64,000 bases of DNA from assembly GCA_003151615.1 (NCBI GenBank), contig PLXZ01000004.1, positions 46,118 through 110,117 of the forward strand. Direction: 5' to 3'. This DNA comes from Candidatus Tayloriibacteriota bacterium (lineage in GTDB: Bacteria; Patescibacteriota; Minisyncoccia; Phycocordibacterales; PALSA-1337). Below the pieces are notes generated by a model that did not search any database, was not told the origin of the DNA, and saw only the letters and a list, made by a program, of their open reading frames with translations. Shown one piece after another: positions 19,476-29,573 of the stretch (the stretch's first letter is position 1; each line of letters begins with the position of its first letter). Both the position numbers and the translations under genes were made by a program.

Positions 19476-20726
19476 TTACGGAAGAAACTGCCGAATCCAG
19501 CTCGTGAAGCTTTTGAGCGCTGTTCCCGCGGCGCGAGTGCCCGAACCTCCGACAGTGTCGCCGCCTTCCGCGGATGCGCCGAATATACAAAGTCCGTAGG
19601 CCACTGCCCACGTCGCATCGCGGTATGTCTGCTTGTCGCGGGTACGTTCGTTTGAGGATTTTTCAGCGACTCCCGCTGTTTTGTCCGAAGTTTTCGCTGT
19701 GGTCCGTTCCTGCCAATGAATGCTGCCGACGCGTGACGGCAACCGCAATGATGCTCGTGCAAGATCCTCAATCGTGCCGAGCCCCGCGCCGCCGCCGGTG
19801 ATGATGATGCCGGCAGGGAGTAGTCCACTGCGGCTGATTTTTTTTAAATGTGCGTCGATCAATTCGAAAATATCCGACAAACGCGCATCAATGATTTCCT
19901 CCAATTTTTTGCGCGGATACGAACCTCCGGTGATTGCTCCGATTTTGACCTGTTCCGCTTCTTCGAGGGGAACTTTCAAGCCGAGGGCGATATCATTGGT
20001 AATGTCAGTCGAACCGATGGGAAAAACTTCCAGCGATATCGGCATGTTGTTTTCGAATACGGCGATTGACACCGTTTCGGCTCCAATGTTGGCCAAAATA
20101 CAGCCGGCGATTTTCTGCGTTTTGGAAAGCGTGACGAGGCCGGCGGCGACGGGCGCGGCCATGACGTCCTGGACGCGAACGCCGGCCTCTTCGATCGTCG
20201 CGATCAAATCATTCAGATGCCGCTCGAGGCAAGTTATGAAAAGCGTCTTGACTTCGAGTTTGCTCGCCTTCATTCCCTCAGGATTTCCGAGAACCGGCTT
20301 GCTGTCGATTTTATATGAAAGGGGAACCTCGTGAAGGATTTTTCGGTTGACCGTGACGGATGAGGGAAGATCCTTGCGGCACTGGTCGTTTAGTTTTTGC
20401 AAATCAAGGGCCGTGATTTCCGAATCCGCGCGCGAAACGATTATCGAAGAAGTCGAAGTGAAACTGCCGAGGCCGACGCCTCCGACGGAAACGAATGCGC
20501 GCTTTACCTTTGTTTCAGCCCGCTGTTCAGCCTGGTCGAGTGCGGCCCGGACGCTTTTTGCAACTTCGCGTACATTAGTAATGTATCCATGGCGGAGGCC
20601 GCGCGATTCGGCCGTACCCGTACCGATGACTTTAGGATAGCCTCCGTCCTCGCCCGTCGTCGAGATAACCACCTTTACATGGTATGTTCCGATATCGATT
20701 CCGGTGATTGTTTGGAGGCGTGACAT
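19476..20726 (-). CDS. ftsA: Cell division protein FtsA
   Basis: GIDIGT, NIGAET, ITNDIA, TGGGA; directly upstream of ftsZ. Confidence 0.95.
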   Translation of the reverse strand: MSRLQTITGIDIGTYHVKVVISTTGEDGGYPKVIGTGTAESRGLRHGYITNVREVAKSVRAALDQAEQRAETKVKRAFVSVGGVGLGSFTSTSSIIVSRADSEITALDLQKLNDQCRKDLPSSVTVNRKILHEVPLSYKIDSKPVLGNPEGMKASKLEVKTLFITCLERHLNDLIATIEEAGVRVQDVMAAPVAAGLVTLSKTQKIAGCILANIGAETVSIAVFENNMPISLEVFPIGSTDITNDIALGLKVPLEEAEQVKIGAITGGSYPRKKLEEIIDARLSDIFELIDAHLKKISRSGLLPAGIIITGGGAGLGTIEDLARASLRLPSRVGSIHWQERTTAKTSDKTAGVAEKSSNERTRDKQTYRDATWAVAYGLCIFGASAEGGDTVGGSGTRAAGTALKSFTSWIRQFLP

Positions 20727-20733
20727 TGTGGCG

Positions 20734-21108
20734 CTAGACGCCGAATTTCTTGCGGAAGCGGCGCTCTATGCGTTCCATTGTACTACTATGGTCGAATCCT
20801 TTCAAATGCACGCAACCGTGGATAAAGAGGAAGGCCAGAAAATTTTCATACGTCCGGTCGAATTTTTTCGCCTCTTTTTTTGTCTCGGTTAGGCAAATGT
20901 ACATTTCACCCTCATTTTTTGAAAGAGGAAAGCTGAGAATGTCAGTCGGTTTGTTAATATTGCGATACATCCGGTTCAATTTTTTCATGTGCGCCGCGGA
21001 AACGATTGCGAGGGACAGCTCATATTTTTTTCCGAGCACTGAATTTTTTATATTCGAAAAAGCCAAGCGCGGGAGCTTGGCTTTTGTTGTGTTTGAGATC
21101 GAGAGCAT
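20734..21108 (-). CDS. ybeY: rRNA maturation RNase YbeY
   Basis: PTDILSFP and HGCVHLKGFDH motifs. Confidence 0.92.
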   Translation of the reverse strand: MLSISNTTKAKLPRLAFSNIKNSVLGKKYELSLAIVSAAHMKKLNRMYRNINKPTDILSFPLSKNEGEMYICLTETKKEAKKFDRTYENFLAFLFIHGCVHLKGFDHSSTMERIERRFRKKFGV

Positions 21109-21136
21109 TTAAATTTAAACCACTTGGCGCAACTGC

Positions 21137-21382
21137 TTATCGGCTGAAGCGGGCTGGCTTTTCAGGCATCTTTCCGAGTTTGATCAATTCCTTGATATTT
21201 TCCTTGCGCTTGATGCCTTCGAGAGTTTTCATCTTTACTTTGTACGGAGAAAGTACGCGGCTGGCATATCGGATGCCGCGGACGCGTGGCAAAACGCCAG
21301 AGCCCTGGACGCGCTTCGTGAAGCGTCGGAGGACGCTGAGGTTATTTTCGTTGGGATTTCTCGATACTTCTACGTTTGTCAT
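21137..21382 (-). CDS. rpsU: Small basic protein, ribosomal protein bS21-like
   Basis: VEV.RN.NE....LRRFTKRVQ.SGVL pattern; 81 aa and very basic. Confidence 0.6.
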   Translation of the reverse strand: MTNVEVSRNPNENNLSVLRRFTKRVQGSGVLPRVRGIRYASRVLSPYKVKMKTLEGIKRKENIKELIKLGKMPEKPARFSR

Positions 21383-21444
21383 GTGCGGGCAATGGTAGCA
21401 TAGGGTCGAAGTCCGCGCAAGTCCGGGCAAACCGAAAACGGAAG

Positions 21445-22716
21445 TTATTTCATCAGTTTCTTCATATGTCCGGCCAGTTCGGTCAAAGGCACCGAATTTT
21501 GGGCATGTGTTTCGGTATCGCGGACGAGAACGCATTTTTCAAGGGCTTCCTTCTGGCCCATAATAATAGTGTAGGGAATATGGTTTTTTTCTATCATTGA
21601 AACTTGGGCGCCGAGGCGGTCCTTCGCCAGCGATTGATAAATCGGAATTTTTGCTTCGCGGAGCAGTTCCAAAACGCCCAGAGACAGCAGTTTCGATTCA
21701 AAACCGAGCTGAACGAACGATATCTGCGGACGGCGGACCTTCTTCACTTCTTTTCGCAAGTCAGCGTGATTGCCTTTTATGAGAAGGGAAAGACCGACGC
21801 CCTGCACTTCGCGCTTCATGCCGATTTTTTTTGCCAGGCCGTCATAGCGGACGCCGATTGCCAAAACGCGGTGGCCGGCGCTTTTTCCACTTTTGTCCGC
21901 AGCAAAATCCTCGTCGATGATTGTGAAAATCGTTTCGGTACAGTATTTTCGGTTGCTGATCAGATTGTTGTTGATGCTGTAGGGGATGTCGAGCTTTTCG
22001 AGATACTCGAGGACTTCCTTGAAATGATTGCGGCTCGCTTCGGTCAAAAACGTCACCGATTTTGGGGCATCCTCATTTGTTTTTTGACATTTCTCATCGG
22101 TGCAGGAAAGGAGGGCGAATGGGTCTTTTTTCAGAAGCTGACGGCATTCGGCGTGCATGTCGTTCAGATTTTTCCGGTAATACGCCGTGAGATCGCGGGT
22201 GAATTTTGCAATTGAATCCTTGTCGCCGATGCTGTTGATTTCCACCGAGATATTTTTGTAACCTTCGTCGGCAAGCATTGCCCGCGCAGTATGGATGAGC
22301 GTCGCTTCCGCGATGCTTTTGCTTGCACCGATGATTTCGAGGTCGGCATAGCGCGGATAGTTGGTTCCCAATTTTTTGATTGTCGAAGAGACGACCTGAG
22401 ATTGTTTTTTGAAGGGATCCTTGAAATAAAACATCACCGGCTGTGTCATGTTCTGCATGTTATTCTCTTCGTACATGCGCAGGAGCGCTACTTTTTCCTC
22501 CACATGAAGCGGCAGATGATTGTGCTGTTCGCGGTCGTCGATGAAGTCGCCTTCGAGAAGCGCCTTTGCGCGGTCAAGGTCGATTTTTTTAATTTCGGGA
22601 CTTTTCGATGGATGAAAACCGTAATGGACGGCTGTTTCGCCGATCTTGTCGAGATGGCTGTGCTCTATGAATCGCGGATCTGTTTTTTTGCTGTTTTTGC
22701 CTTTTGTTTTGCTCAT
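21445..22716 (-). CDS. Histidyl-tRNA synthetase-like protein with degenerate catalytic motifs
   Basis: HisRS architecture (LEIIG, INSIG, RYDGL, C-terminal anticodon-binding domain); motif 2, RGLDYY and the motif-3 Arg are absent. Confidence 0.75.
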   Translation of the reverse strand: MSKTKGKNSKKTDPRFIEHSHLDKIGETAVHYGFHPSKSPEIKKIDLDRAKALLEGDFIDDREQHNHLPLHVEEKVALLRMYEENNMQNMTQPVMFYFKDPFKKQSQVVSSTIKKLGTNYPRYADLEIIGASKSIAEATLIHTARAMLADEGYKNISVEINSIGDKDSIAKFTRDLTAYYRKNLNDMHAECRQLLKKDPFALLSCTDEKCQKTNEDAPKSVTFLTEASRNHFKEVLEYLEKLDIPYSINNNLISNRKYCTETIFTIIDEDFAADKSGKSAGHRVLAIGVRYDGLAKKIGMKREVQGVGLSLLIKGNHADLRKEVKKVRRPQISFVQLGFESKLLSLGVLELLREAKIPIYQSLAKDRLGAQVSMIEKNHIPYTIIMGQKEALEKCVLVRDTETHAQNSVPLTELAGHMKKLMK

Positions 22717-22747
22717 GTTTTTTATTGATTTTCCCGCGTATGCCGGC

Positions 22748-23386
22748 CTATTTTCCGAGCACCGTATCGCGGCCGGGAAATACCGCGAGGGTCGACGGCG
22801 GAAGCAGTCGCAAAATCGGCCTGCCGACGATATTCGCGCGCGGAACCGGACCCCAGACGCGCGAGTCGGAACTCTCGTTTCTGTTGTCGCCCATGACGAA
22901 ATATTGGTCGGGACCGAGAGTCGTCGTGTAGTTGTCGTACGAGCGATGCTCGGCAGATACGTATGGTTCCAAGAGGGCAATTCCAGATGAACTGCCTTCC
23001 GGATGCTGCGCATTATATATGGTAACGAGGCCGTTAGTGATTGAAACGGTTTCGCCCGGCAAACCGATGACCCTCTTTATGAAGAAGATGCTCGGATCCT
23101 TCGGATAGCGGAAAATGATCACGTCGCCGCGTGCCGGATTTTCAAAATGATAGCTGAGTTGGTCGACAATCAGGTATTGCCCGTTTGCGAACGTAAAATC
23201 CATGGATTCGCCGGAGACAATGAACGGGTCGGCCACAAAAGTGCGCACCGGAATGATGATGATGAGGGCGATGATGACGAATTTTACGATTTCCCAGAGG
23301 AAATTTTCTTTTTTCGGCGAAGTTTGCTGGGTAACGGGCGGAATCCCGTTCGAATTTTGCTGTAAATTAGTTTCGTCCGGGTTCAT
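22748..23386 (-). CDS. lepB: Signal peptidase I
   Basis: SGESM, IKRVIGLPG, GDNR..S.DSR.WG. Confidence 0.96.
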   Translation of the reverse strand: MNPDETNLQQNSNGIPPVTQQTSPKKENFLWEIVKFVIIALIIIIPVRTFVADPFIVSGESMDFTFANGQYLIVDQLSYHFENPARGDVIIFRYPKDPSIFFIKRVIGLPGETVSITNGLVTIYNAQHPEGSSSGIALLEPYVSAEHRSYDNYTTTLGPDQYFVMGDNRNESSDSRVWGPVPRANIVGRPILRLLPPSTLAVFPGRDTVLGK

Positions 23387-23512
23387 AGAGTTTTGATTGC
23401 TGAATTATAGTGGCAAAGGTCGCTTGACACAAGACTTCGATGCGTGTCGCAACGCTCTTTATTTATTTCCGCAAAACTTTTTGTTCCGTAATTTTTCATA
23501 TATAATGTGCGC

Positions 23513-24157
23513 ATGTCATTTATTATCGTCGGACTCGGCAATCCTGGTCAGGAATACGAGGGAACGCGGCACAACACCGGTCGCGACATGCTTTTTGCCT
23601 TGGCGAAATCGATCGGAGCGGTTGGGAATGCCGGTGAATTCAAGGCCGATAAAAAAGTGCGGGCGCTTGTTGCGAAGGGCGAAGTCGGAAAAGGCAAAGC
23701 TTCGGAATCCGTCACGCTCATCGCTCCGGAAACTTTCATGAACAAATCGGGATTGTCGGTCGGGCCTTTGATCAACGGAATAGGTGCGGCGACGAAACCG
23801 AATTTGAAGAAAGCCGAAAAACTCATTGTCATTTATGATGACTTTAATTTGCCGATCGGTTCGATCCGAGTTTCATTCAATCGGAGTTCCGGAGGGCACA
23901 ACGGTTTGGAATCGATCATAAAAGCTGTGAAGACCGAAGCATTTATCCGTGTCCGCGTCGGCGTCGCTCCCGAAAAAGCCAACGGCACCGCAAAAGTCCC
24001 GCACGGCGAAAAAGAAATCGAAAAATTCATTCTTTCTCCATTCAAACCGGCCGAAGCCCTCGAACTGAAAAAAGTTTCAAAGCTCGTAATCGGCGCAATC
24101 GAAACCATCATCCTCGAAAGTCGCGAAAAAGCCATGAGTATCTATAATGCAAACTAA
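23513..24157 (+). CDS. pth: Peptidyl-tRNA hydrolase
   Basis: GLGNPG..Y..TRHN, TFMNKSG, GGHNGL. Confidence 0.95.
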   Translation: MSFIIVGLGNPGQEYEGTRHNTGRDMLFALAKSIGAVGNAGEFKADKKVRALVAKGEVGKGKASESVTLIAPETFMNKSGLSVGPLINGIGAATKPNLKKAEKLIVIYDDFNLPIGSIRVSFNRSSGGHNGLESIIKAVKTEAFIRVRVGVAPEKANGTAKVPHGEKEIEKFILSPFKPAEALELKKVSKLVIGAIETIILESREKAMSIYNAN

Positions 24158-24754
24158 ATGAAATATCTCGGCAGGGGATGGCAGTATACAGTTTACGATC
24201 TTGGAAACGGCAAAGTATTGAAAAAATACAATACGCGACTCCAAGCTTATTCGATTATGTTTCGACAGACTTTTCCCTGGACCAGACATCCGATTTGGAA
24301 GTTGCCAAAATATTATAGGGGATGCAGAAATACAGCGCTCGATTCGATTAAGAAAATTAAGGAAACAAAAATGGATACGGCGCTTTTCGGAAATCCTAAA
24401 GTTTTAAACCAACTTGATTACGAACAGGATAAGGCGATCCCCTTGCACGTTTATTTCAAGAAGCTTTCGCTTGATGAAGGCAAGAAAAAGATTGATGAAT
24501 TTATATCGTTAAATCAAAAATTCATTAAAAATCGCCTTATTGATAAAAGTTTTCTCATCGGAAAAAATTACGGTATCAATTCGAAGGGAGAAATAATTCT
24601 CATCGATATCGGAGAATTGTACTCAAGCGATGAATCAATCAAAAGACAAATTGGATTAAAACCCTGGGACATTTATTACGTCACTTCAACAATACCAAAA
24701 AGATTCCGCAGTTACTTTGTTGAAGAAATGAATAAAAATATTGAGTTTTGTTAA
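24158..24754 (+). CDS. Hypothetical protein, possibly kinase-like fold
   Basis: LGRGWQYTVY...VLKK and NYG....IILIDIG; AT-rich. Confidence 0.45.
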   Translation: MKYLGRGWQYTVYDLGNGKVLKKYNTRLQAYSIMFRQTFPWTRHPIWKLPKYYRGCRNTALDSIKKIKETKMDTALFGNPKVLNQLDYEQDKAIPLHVYFKKLSLDEGKKKIDEFISLNQKFIKNRLIDKSFLIGKNYGINSKGEIILIDIGELYSSDESIKRQIGLKPWDIYYVTSTIPKRFRSYFVEEMNKNIEFC

Positions 24755-24779
24755 TGGATACGGCGAAGAACATAGAAAC

Positions 24780-24903
24780 AAGAAAACCCATACCACATGT
24801 TGGAGAGGAACTCTCGGAGGACGCGAAGGCGTCTGAGAGTGAGGCAACTCTTCAACAGAAGAGTATGCCGTTTCCTCGAAAACATGTGATATGGGGGTTT
24901 CTT
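24780..24903 (-). repeat. Structured intergenic element, copy 2
   Basis: Outer inverted repeat plus two inner hairpins; reverse complement aligns with 3418-3515. Confidence 0.75.
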
Positions 24904-24908
24904 TGACT

Positions 24909-26192
24909 CTATTTCTTTACTGCCGCATCCTTGTTCACAAAACTCAATGCCATCTTCTGATCCTTTGCGTCGAACAGACTGATCTTGAAGGTGTATGTTT
25001 TGCCGAGCTCGAGTGCCTTGCGGAGTTTTTCCTCGGAGCCGAATTCGCTGACATGGACGAGACCTGCGATACCTTCCTCAATCGATGCCAATGCGCCGTG
25101 CTTGTTGAACTTGATGACGACGCCTTCGACGACTTTGTCCTTCTTGTATTTCTTGCCCGCTTCGGTCCAAGGGTTTTCCTTGAGTGCCTTGATCGAGAGG
25201 GAAATCTTGTTTTCCTTTATGTCGATGATTTTTACGCGGACATGGTCGCCGACTTTGTAGAAGAGACGAGGATCCTCAACGAGTGACCAGTCAATTTCGC
25301 TGATATGAACGAGACCTTCGAGGCCGTCCTCGATTTTGACGAATACGCCGAAATCAACGATGCCTGTGACGGTGCCTTCAAACTCATCGCCGACTTTGTA
25401 TTTGCCGACAATCTTTTCCTTGTCCTTGACCTCAGTTCCCGGAGTTTTTTCCGAGAAGATGAGCTTGCCTTCCTTTGGAAGCGCGGAAATAATCGCGACT
25501 GAAATTTTCTTGCCAACGAGTTTTTTCAATTCGTCGAGAATGCGGTCTTTGTCGCCGTCAACCACGCGAGGGTAGTGCTCGGGCTTCAACTGCGAGGCGG
25601 GAAGGAATCCAGAGATGCCCTGCCATGCAATGATGAGTCCGCCCTTGTTTGCTTCGAGAACAGGGAGTTCGAGAATTTTCTTTGACTTGATCGCTTCTTC
25701 AGCTTCGCTCCAGATCAATGCCTGGCGAGCTTCCTTGAGCGACAATTCGATATAACCCTCGGCATTATTCGTGTCGACGACTTTTGCTGCGACGATGTCG
25801 CCGATGGCAATTTTCTTTATGATGTCGCGGGCCGTAATAAATTCCTTTCCGTAGATAATACCGGTGCCGAGAGGGGCGAGGTCGATGTAGACCGCCGACT
25901 TCTCTATATTAATGACCGGACCTTCGACGATGTCGCCCTCGATCGGAGGATTTTTCATTCCTTCGACGAGCTTGCCCATGACGCTGTTTTTCTTCGAAAG
26001 GTTCGCGGCCGTTTCTTCGGCAGATTCCGCTTTCTTCGGGCGCTTTTCTTTTTTCTCTGATTTAACTGTTTGCTTTTCGGTTTTTACTGTTTTTTCGGTA
26101 GCTACTGCTTTTTCTTCTTTAACCTCTGATGCTGTTTCTTTTGTTTCATCTTTCGAGCCTGAAACGAGCTTTTCCTTCAATTTTTTAAACAT
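24909..26192 (-). CDS. rpsA: Ribosomal protein S1 (about 4 S1 domains, K/E-rich N-terminus)
   Basis: NKGGL, FLPASQL, FGVFV, EGLVHISE repeats. Confidence 0.92.
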   Translation of the reverse strand: MFKKLKEKLVSGSKDETKETASEVKEEKAVATEKTVKTEKQTVKSEKKEKRPKKAESAEETAANLSKKNSVMGKLVEGMKNPPIEGDIVEGPVINIEKSAVYIDLAPLGTGIIYGKEFITARDIIKKIAIGDIVAAKVVDTNNAEGYIELSLKEARQALIWSEAEEAIKSKKILELPVLEANKGGLIIAWQGISGFLPASQLKPEHYPRVVDGDKDRILDELKKLVGKKISVAIISALPKEGKLIFSEKTPGTEVKDKEKIVGKYKVGDEFEGTVTGIVDFGVFVKIEDGLEGLVHISEIDWSLVEDPRLFYKVGDHVRVKIIDIKENKISLSIKALKENPWTEAGKKYKKDKVVEGVVIKFNKHGALASIEEGIAGLVHVSEFGSEEKLRKALELGKTYTFKISLFDAKDQKMALSFVNKDAAVKK

Positions 26193-26291
26193 TTTTTGGT
26201 GCGCCGGTCCGCTTTTTATTAATAAAGCAAATGTTGCGGGGTTACGTGCGCGTCGGGATACTATAGCTTAGCGGGGGAGTTTTGTCTATTT

Positions 26292-27044
26292 TTATAGTTT
26301 TCTCAAATACGCCACCCAAAAATTGCGTTTGTAGGAACGTCCGGCGAATTTCGTGTAGTGGGTTTCTTTTTCAAGATGAAGAATTTCGAAACGCGCATGC
26401 GCAGGTGATGCGGTGGCAACAGGAATCCCACCATTCGTATACGTCGCGATGAAATCTTCGCGGGTGAAGACTCGCTCGGACAGATTCATCTCGGGCAATA
26501 TATATGTGTCGTTTTCGCGGCCGGGATTTGAAACAAGAAGTGCCGCCGCGTTCTTGTCGCCGTCCTTGCAGAGTGCGCGCACGAAAAAATATCCGCCCAT
26601 TTTTAAAATCCTGTGGACTTCACTTACGTAGAGAGTGCGCTCCTTTTCGGAAAGAGAATTCGAAGACGTGACGTCGAGCGCGACGTCAAACGAATGGTCG
26701 GCGAAGGGAAGTGCTTCGCCGATGCTGCGATGCTCGAACGTGGCCTGCGTCGCGCCGATTTTTTCCTGTTCGGCTAATTCGTGCGCGCGAAATCGCGCCT
26801 GTTTCAATGCGGTCTCGGAAATGTCGATGCCGACTACACTATTTCCAAAATCCAACCCCGCGATGTAGTTGCTATTTTTGCCGTTGCCGCAACCGAGGTC
26901 GATAGCGCGTATGTTTTCGAGCGGCAATTTTTGTTCGCGCCGTAGCCAGCGGAGAAAATCCTTCACGGACGTTTGCGGTTCATGACTGCCGGTGACGAGC
27001 CGTGGATTTTGGTATTCCTTCTCCCACACATTTTTTTGCATCAT
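26292..27044 (-). CDS. Class I SAM-dependent methyltransferase
   Basis: IDLGCGNG, GIDIS, LPF.D.SFD, LKMGG. Confidence 0.9.
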   Translation of the reverse strand: MMQKNVWEKEYQNPRLVTGSHEPQTSVKDFLRWLRREQKLPLENIRAIDLGCGNGKNSNYIAGLDFGNSVVGIDISETALKQARFRAHELAEQEKIGATQATFEHRSIGEALPFADHSFDVALDVTSSNSLSEKERTLYVSEVHRILKMGGYFFVRALCKDGDKNAAALLVSNPGRENDTYILPEMNLSERVFTREDFIATYTNGGIPVATASPAHARFEILHLEKETHYTKFAGRSYKRNFWVAYLRKL

Positions 27045-27210
27045 ATTAGAATAGCAAATCGCCGCAAGTTTGCAATTTTACATTTTATATTGTATAACGT
27101 GCGGAAAGGAAGGTGCGCAGTTCTTTGAGATAGTGTTCGAAATAGTGCCTGAATTGCGGAATTGCGCGTCCAAAACCATAAACCCCAAACGACCCAGGAA
27201 GGAGCGACTC

Positions 27211-27789
27211 TTGAAAAAACCAAGTAAAAACATATTGATAATTACCGGCCCTTCGGGAGTCGGAAAGACGGTTGTTGAAGAGCGGTTATGTTCGGAAGAG
27301 GGTTGCAAAACCTCCGTTTCCGTCACCACCCGCAAACCGCGTCCCGGTGAAATTGACGGAGTCCACTATCATTTCATTTCGCGCCAGATGTTCGAAATAA
27401 TGGTTGCCCGCGACGAATTTTTGGAATGGGCGGAAGTCCACGGCGAATATTACGGCACCCAATTGGGTCCCGTCCTCGACGCTTTGGCTGAAAATTCCGT
27501 CATCATCCTCACCATTGACGTCAAGGGACACAAATCGGTGCGTGCCTACAAGGACGATAAAATAACCAGCCGGATCGTCAGCGTGTTTCTTCTGCCGCCT
27601 TCGATGGAGGAACTCCGGCACCGGCTGTTGGGTCGCGGCGACGTTGATTCGGCTACGGCCCATCGGCGTCTCGAACGCGCAAAGGAAGAGCAAAAGCACG
27701 CCAACGAATTCGATTATCGCGTCGTCGCGTGCAACAAGCAATATACATTTGAACAGCTTTGTCGCATCATCAAGGAGAATGTGCATTGA
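27211..27789 (+). CDS. gmk: Guanylate kinase
   Basis: GPSGVGKT, TTRKPRPGE.DG.HY.F, FLEWAEVHG.YYGT; TTG start behind AAGGAG. Confidence 0.93.
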   Translation: MKKPSKNILIITGPSGVGKTVVEERLCSEEGCKTSVSVTTRKPRPGEIDGVHYHFISRQMFEIMVARDEFLEWAEVHGEYYGTQLGPVLDALAENSVIILTIDVKGHKSVRAYKDDKITSRIVSVFLLPPSMEELRHRLLGRGDVDSATAHRRLERAKEEQKHANEFDYRVVACNKQYTFEQLCRIIKENVH

Positions 27790-27820
27790 AATGCGGCGAC
27801 AGTGAATTCATGAAATTTAC

Positions 27821-27853
27821 AGCGCTCGGATCGAAAGACTCGGGCGTTTTTTT
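27821..27853 (+). terminator. Intrinsic terminator
   Basis: GCGCTCGG...TCGGGCGT hairpin and T-run. Confidence 0.55.
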
Positions 27854-29520
27854 TATTTTCTTTTTTCCAGAAACGCTTTTGCGGTTATTGCGTATTCTTC
27901 AATAATATTCAACAGGAAAATTTCCCTTGAAATTGAAGATGTTTTCCCGACGATGTTTTTTGCATCTTCATAACATGCGATAATTTCTCGTGCCGGAGTC
28001 ACGAGTCCGTTTTTAATCTGGCCTGTCACCCGCGTGCCTATTCCATTCTTCAGATCGTCTTGCCAATCGCGGATGTCATCGGACATTTGCTTGACGAATA
28101 TATAGTCTCTAAAAAGCCGGACGAACCGTTTCATTTCCGATCCGTCCGGAGAAATTCCGCTGTGAGCAAGCGCAAGAATGGAAGGCACCATCAAGCCGAT
28201 TGATTTATCAACGATTTGTTTTTTCGGGGGAATCGCGGTCTGCTTTTCAAGCATTTCGGCGCAGTCCATCGTATCGAACAGTTCCTGGCACAAGCGCCAA
28301 TTTTTTCGGACTGCCGTTTTTCCGCAGACCACAACCAATTCCCGATGGAACATATTTGCCAGCGGAAGCAAATCCACATTTTCTTTTTCGTCAATGATCC
28401 GGTCGTATATCGTATACGCCAGCCAGCCATAGAGGCTTATCAAACCGTACGAACTTTCCAAGGACGAAGAGGTAATGCGATACGGCATAAGCAGTATCTC
28501 TTTGAACGGGTCATTCGCGAATATTTTTTTCAGCATGCGAAGCGCTTCCGAGTGGAGCGGGTTTGGCAAAAATTCGCAGCGTTTTTGCGCCGTTGATTGC
28601 ATTTCCTTCAGCAGGTCGGCTTCTTTTTCATGAAGGGAGATGGCCTCTCCGCATGATGCCAGGGTAAATGCAGCGGAAGACGCGTAGTGTTTTTTGCCAC
28701 CAGTGATTTTTTCAATATAGAGGGGTTCTTTTTCAATTTGTGTGGTTGCTCCGTAATTTGAATCAAGACGATTTTTTATTTTTTCGATAAGACGGTCAAC
28801 GGTGCTGAAGTTCGCAGAGAGGTGTGCCAGCGCGCACGCCGCCAGGGCAATTTTGGTGAGGGAAATACCATTCGGTTCTGTTTCGGCTTTTTCTACGCAA
28901 TCCATGATTTTCCAAATGAGCGTGTTTCGTTTCAAACCGCGGTAATTTCTGGCAATGAAATAGTAGGAAAGAAGGGGATTGTGATAATAATTTGAGCGCA
29001 GGACGTTTGATTCCAGGCATTCATCAATATATCGCGTTACTTGCGGAATTTCGATTTTGAAAAGCGAGTAAAAGCAGGAAACATTCGCGTTCACAACCGG
29101 ATCAATGTCCCGCCACACGCCGTCGACCCATGTGAAGTAAGGACCGCCTGTTTTGGACGCCGAACGTATCAGGACATTTGCGGCATTGTCGAGCGCATCC
29201 CTCATAATTATTTCAGGCTTTATTTTTAACAGCGCAATCAGCGAGCAGAACGTATCGTCAAGGTCGTCGGGATATTTTTTTCCGGAATTTTCATATCTTT
29301 CACGCGGATAATAATTCCATGACCATTTTGCGCTTTTTTGCAGGAGGATATAATCGGCGGTTTTCCGCATCATTCCGGGCGGCGTTTCCATTTCAGAGAG
29401 ACAATATCCCATCAATGCATTGATGAAATTATTTTCAGCCCAAGAGCCGTCTTCATTTTGAAGTTTTTTGAGCCGCGTCACTATAAGCCGGATATGCCGG
29501 TCGATTTTTCTTTGTTCCAT
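27853..29520 (-). CDS. Fused class II terpene cyclase (DxDD) and class I isoprenoid-synthase-fold prenyltransferase
   Basis: N-half: QNEDGSW (QW motif), YPDDLDDT (DxDD), DPVVNANV. C-half: AYTIYDRIID, DKS, QMSDDIRDWQDD Asp-rich motifs. Confidence 0.75.
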   Translation of the reverse strand: MEQRKIDRHIRLIVTRLKKLQNEDGSWAENNFINALMGYCLSEMETPPGMMRKTADYILLQKSAKWSWNYYPRERYENSGKKYPDDLDDTFCSLIALLKIKPEIIMRDALDNAANVLIRSASKTGGPYFTWVDGVWRDIDPVVNANVSCFYSLFKIEIPQVTRYIDECLESNVLRSNYYHNPLLSYYFIARNYRGLKRNTLIWKIMDCVEKAETEPNGISLTKIALAACALAHLSANFSTVDRLIEKIKNRLDSNYGATTQIEKEPLYIEKITGGKKHYASSAAFTLASCGEAISLHEKEADLLKEMQSTAQKRCEFLPNPLHSEALRMLKKIFANDPFKEILLMPYRITSSSLESSYGLISLYGWLAYTIYDRIIDEKENVDLLPLANMFHRELVVVCGKTAVRKNWRLCQELFDTMDCAEMLEKQTAIPPKKQIVDKSIGLMVPSILALAHSGISPDGSEMKRFVRLFRDYIFVKQMSDDIRDWQDDLKNGIGTRVTGQIKNGLVTPAREIIACYEDAKNIVGKTSSISREIFLLNIIEEYAITAKAFLEKRK

Positions 29521-29573
29521 GTGTTTTGATTTAAGGAAGCTAAGGGCACACTTACGCGTACACTTATGCCTGT

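Noticed and set aside
22717-23013. N-terminal extension of the 522-aa HisRS-like ORF
   Set aside because: It is an alternative frame overlapping lepB; the real start is probably ATG 22716.
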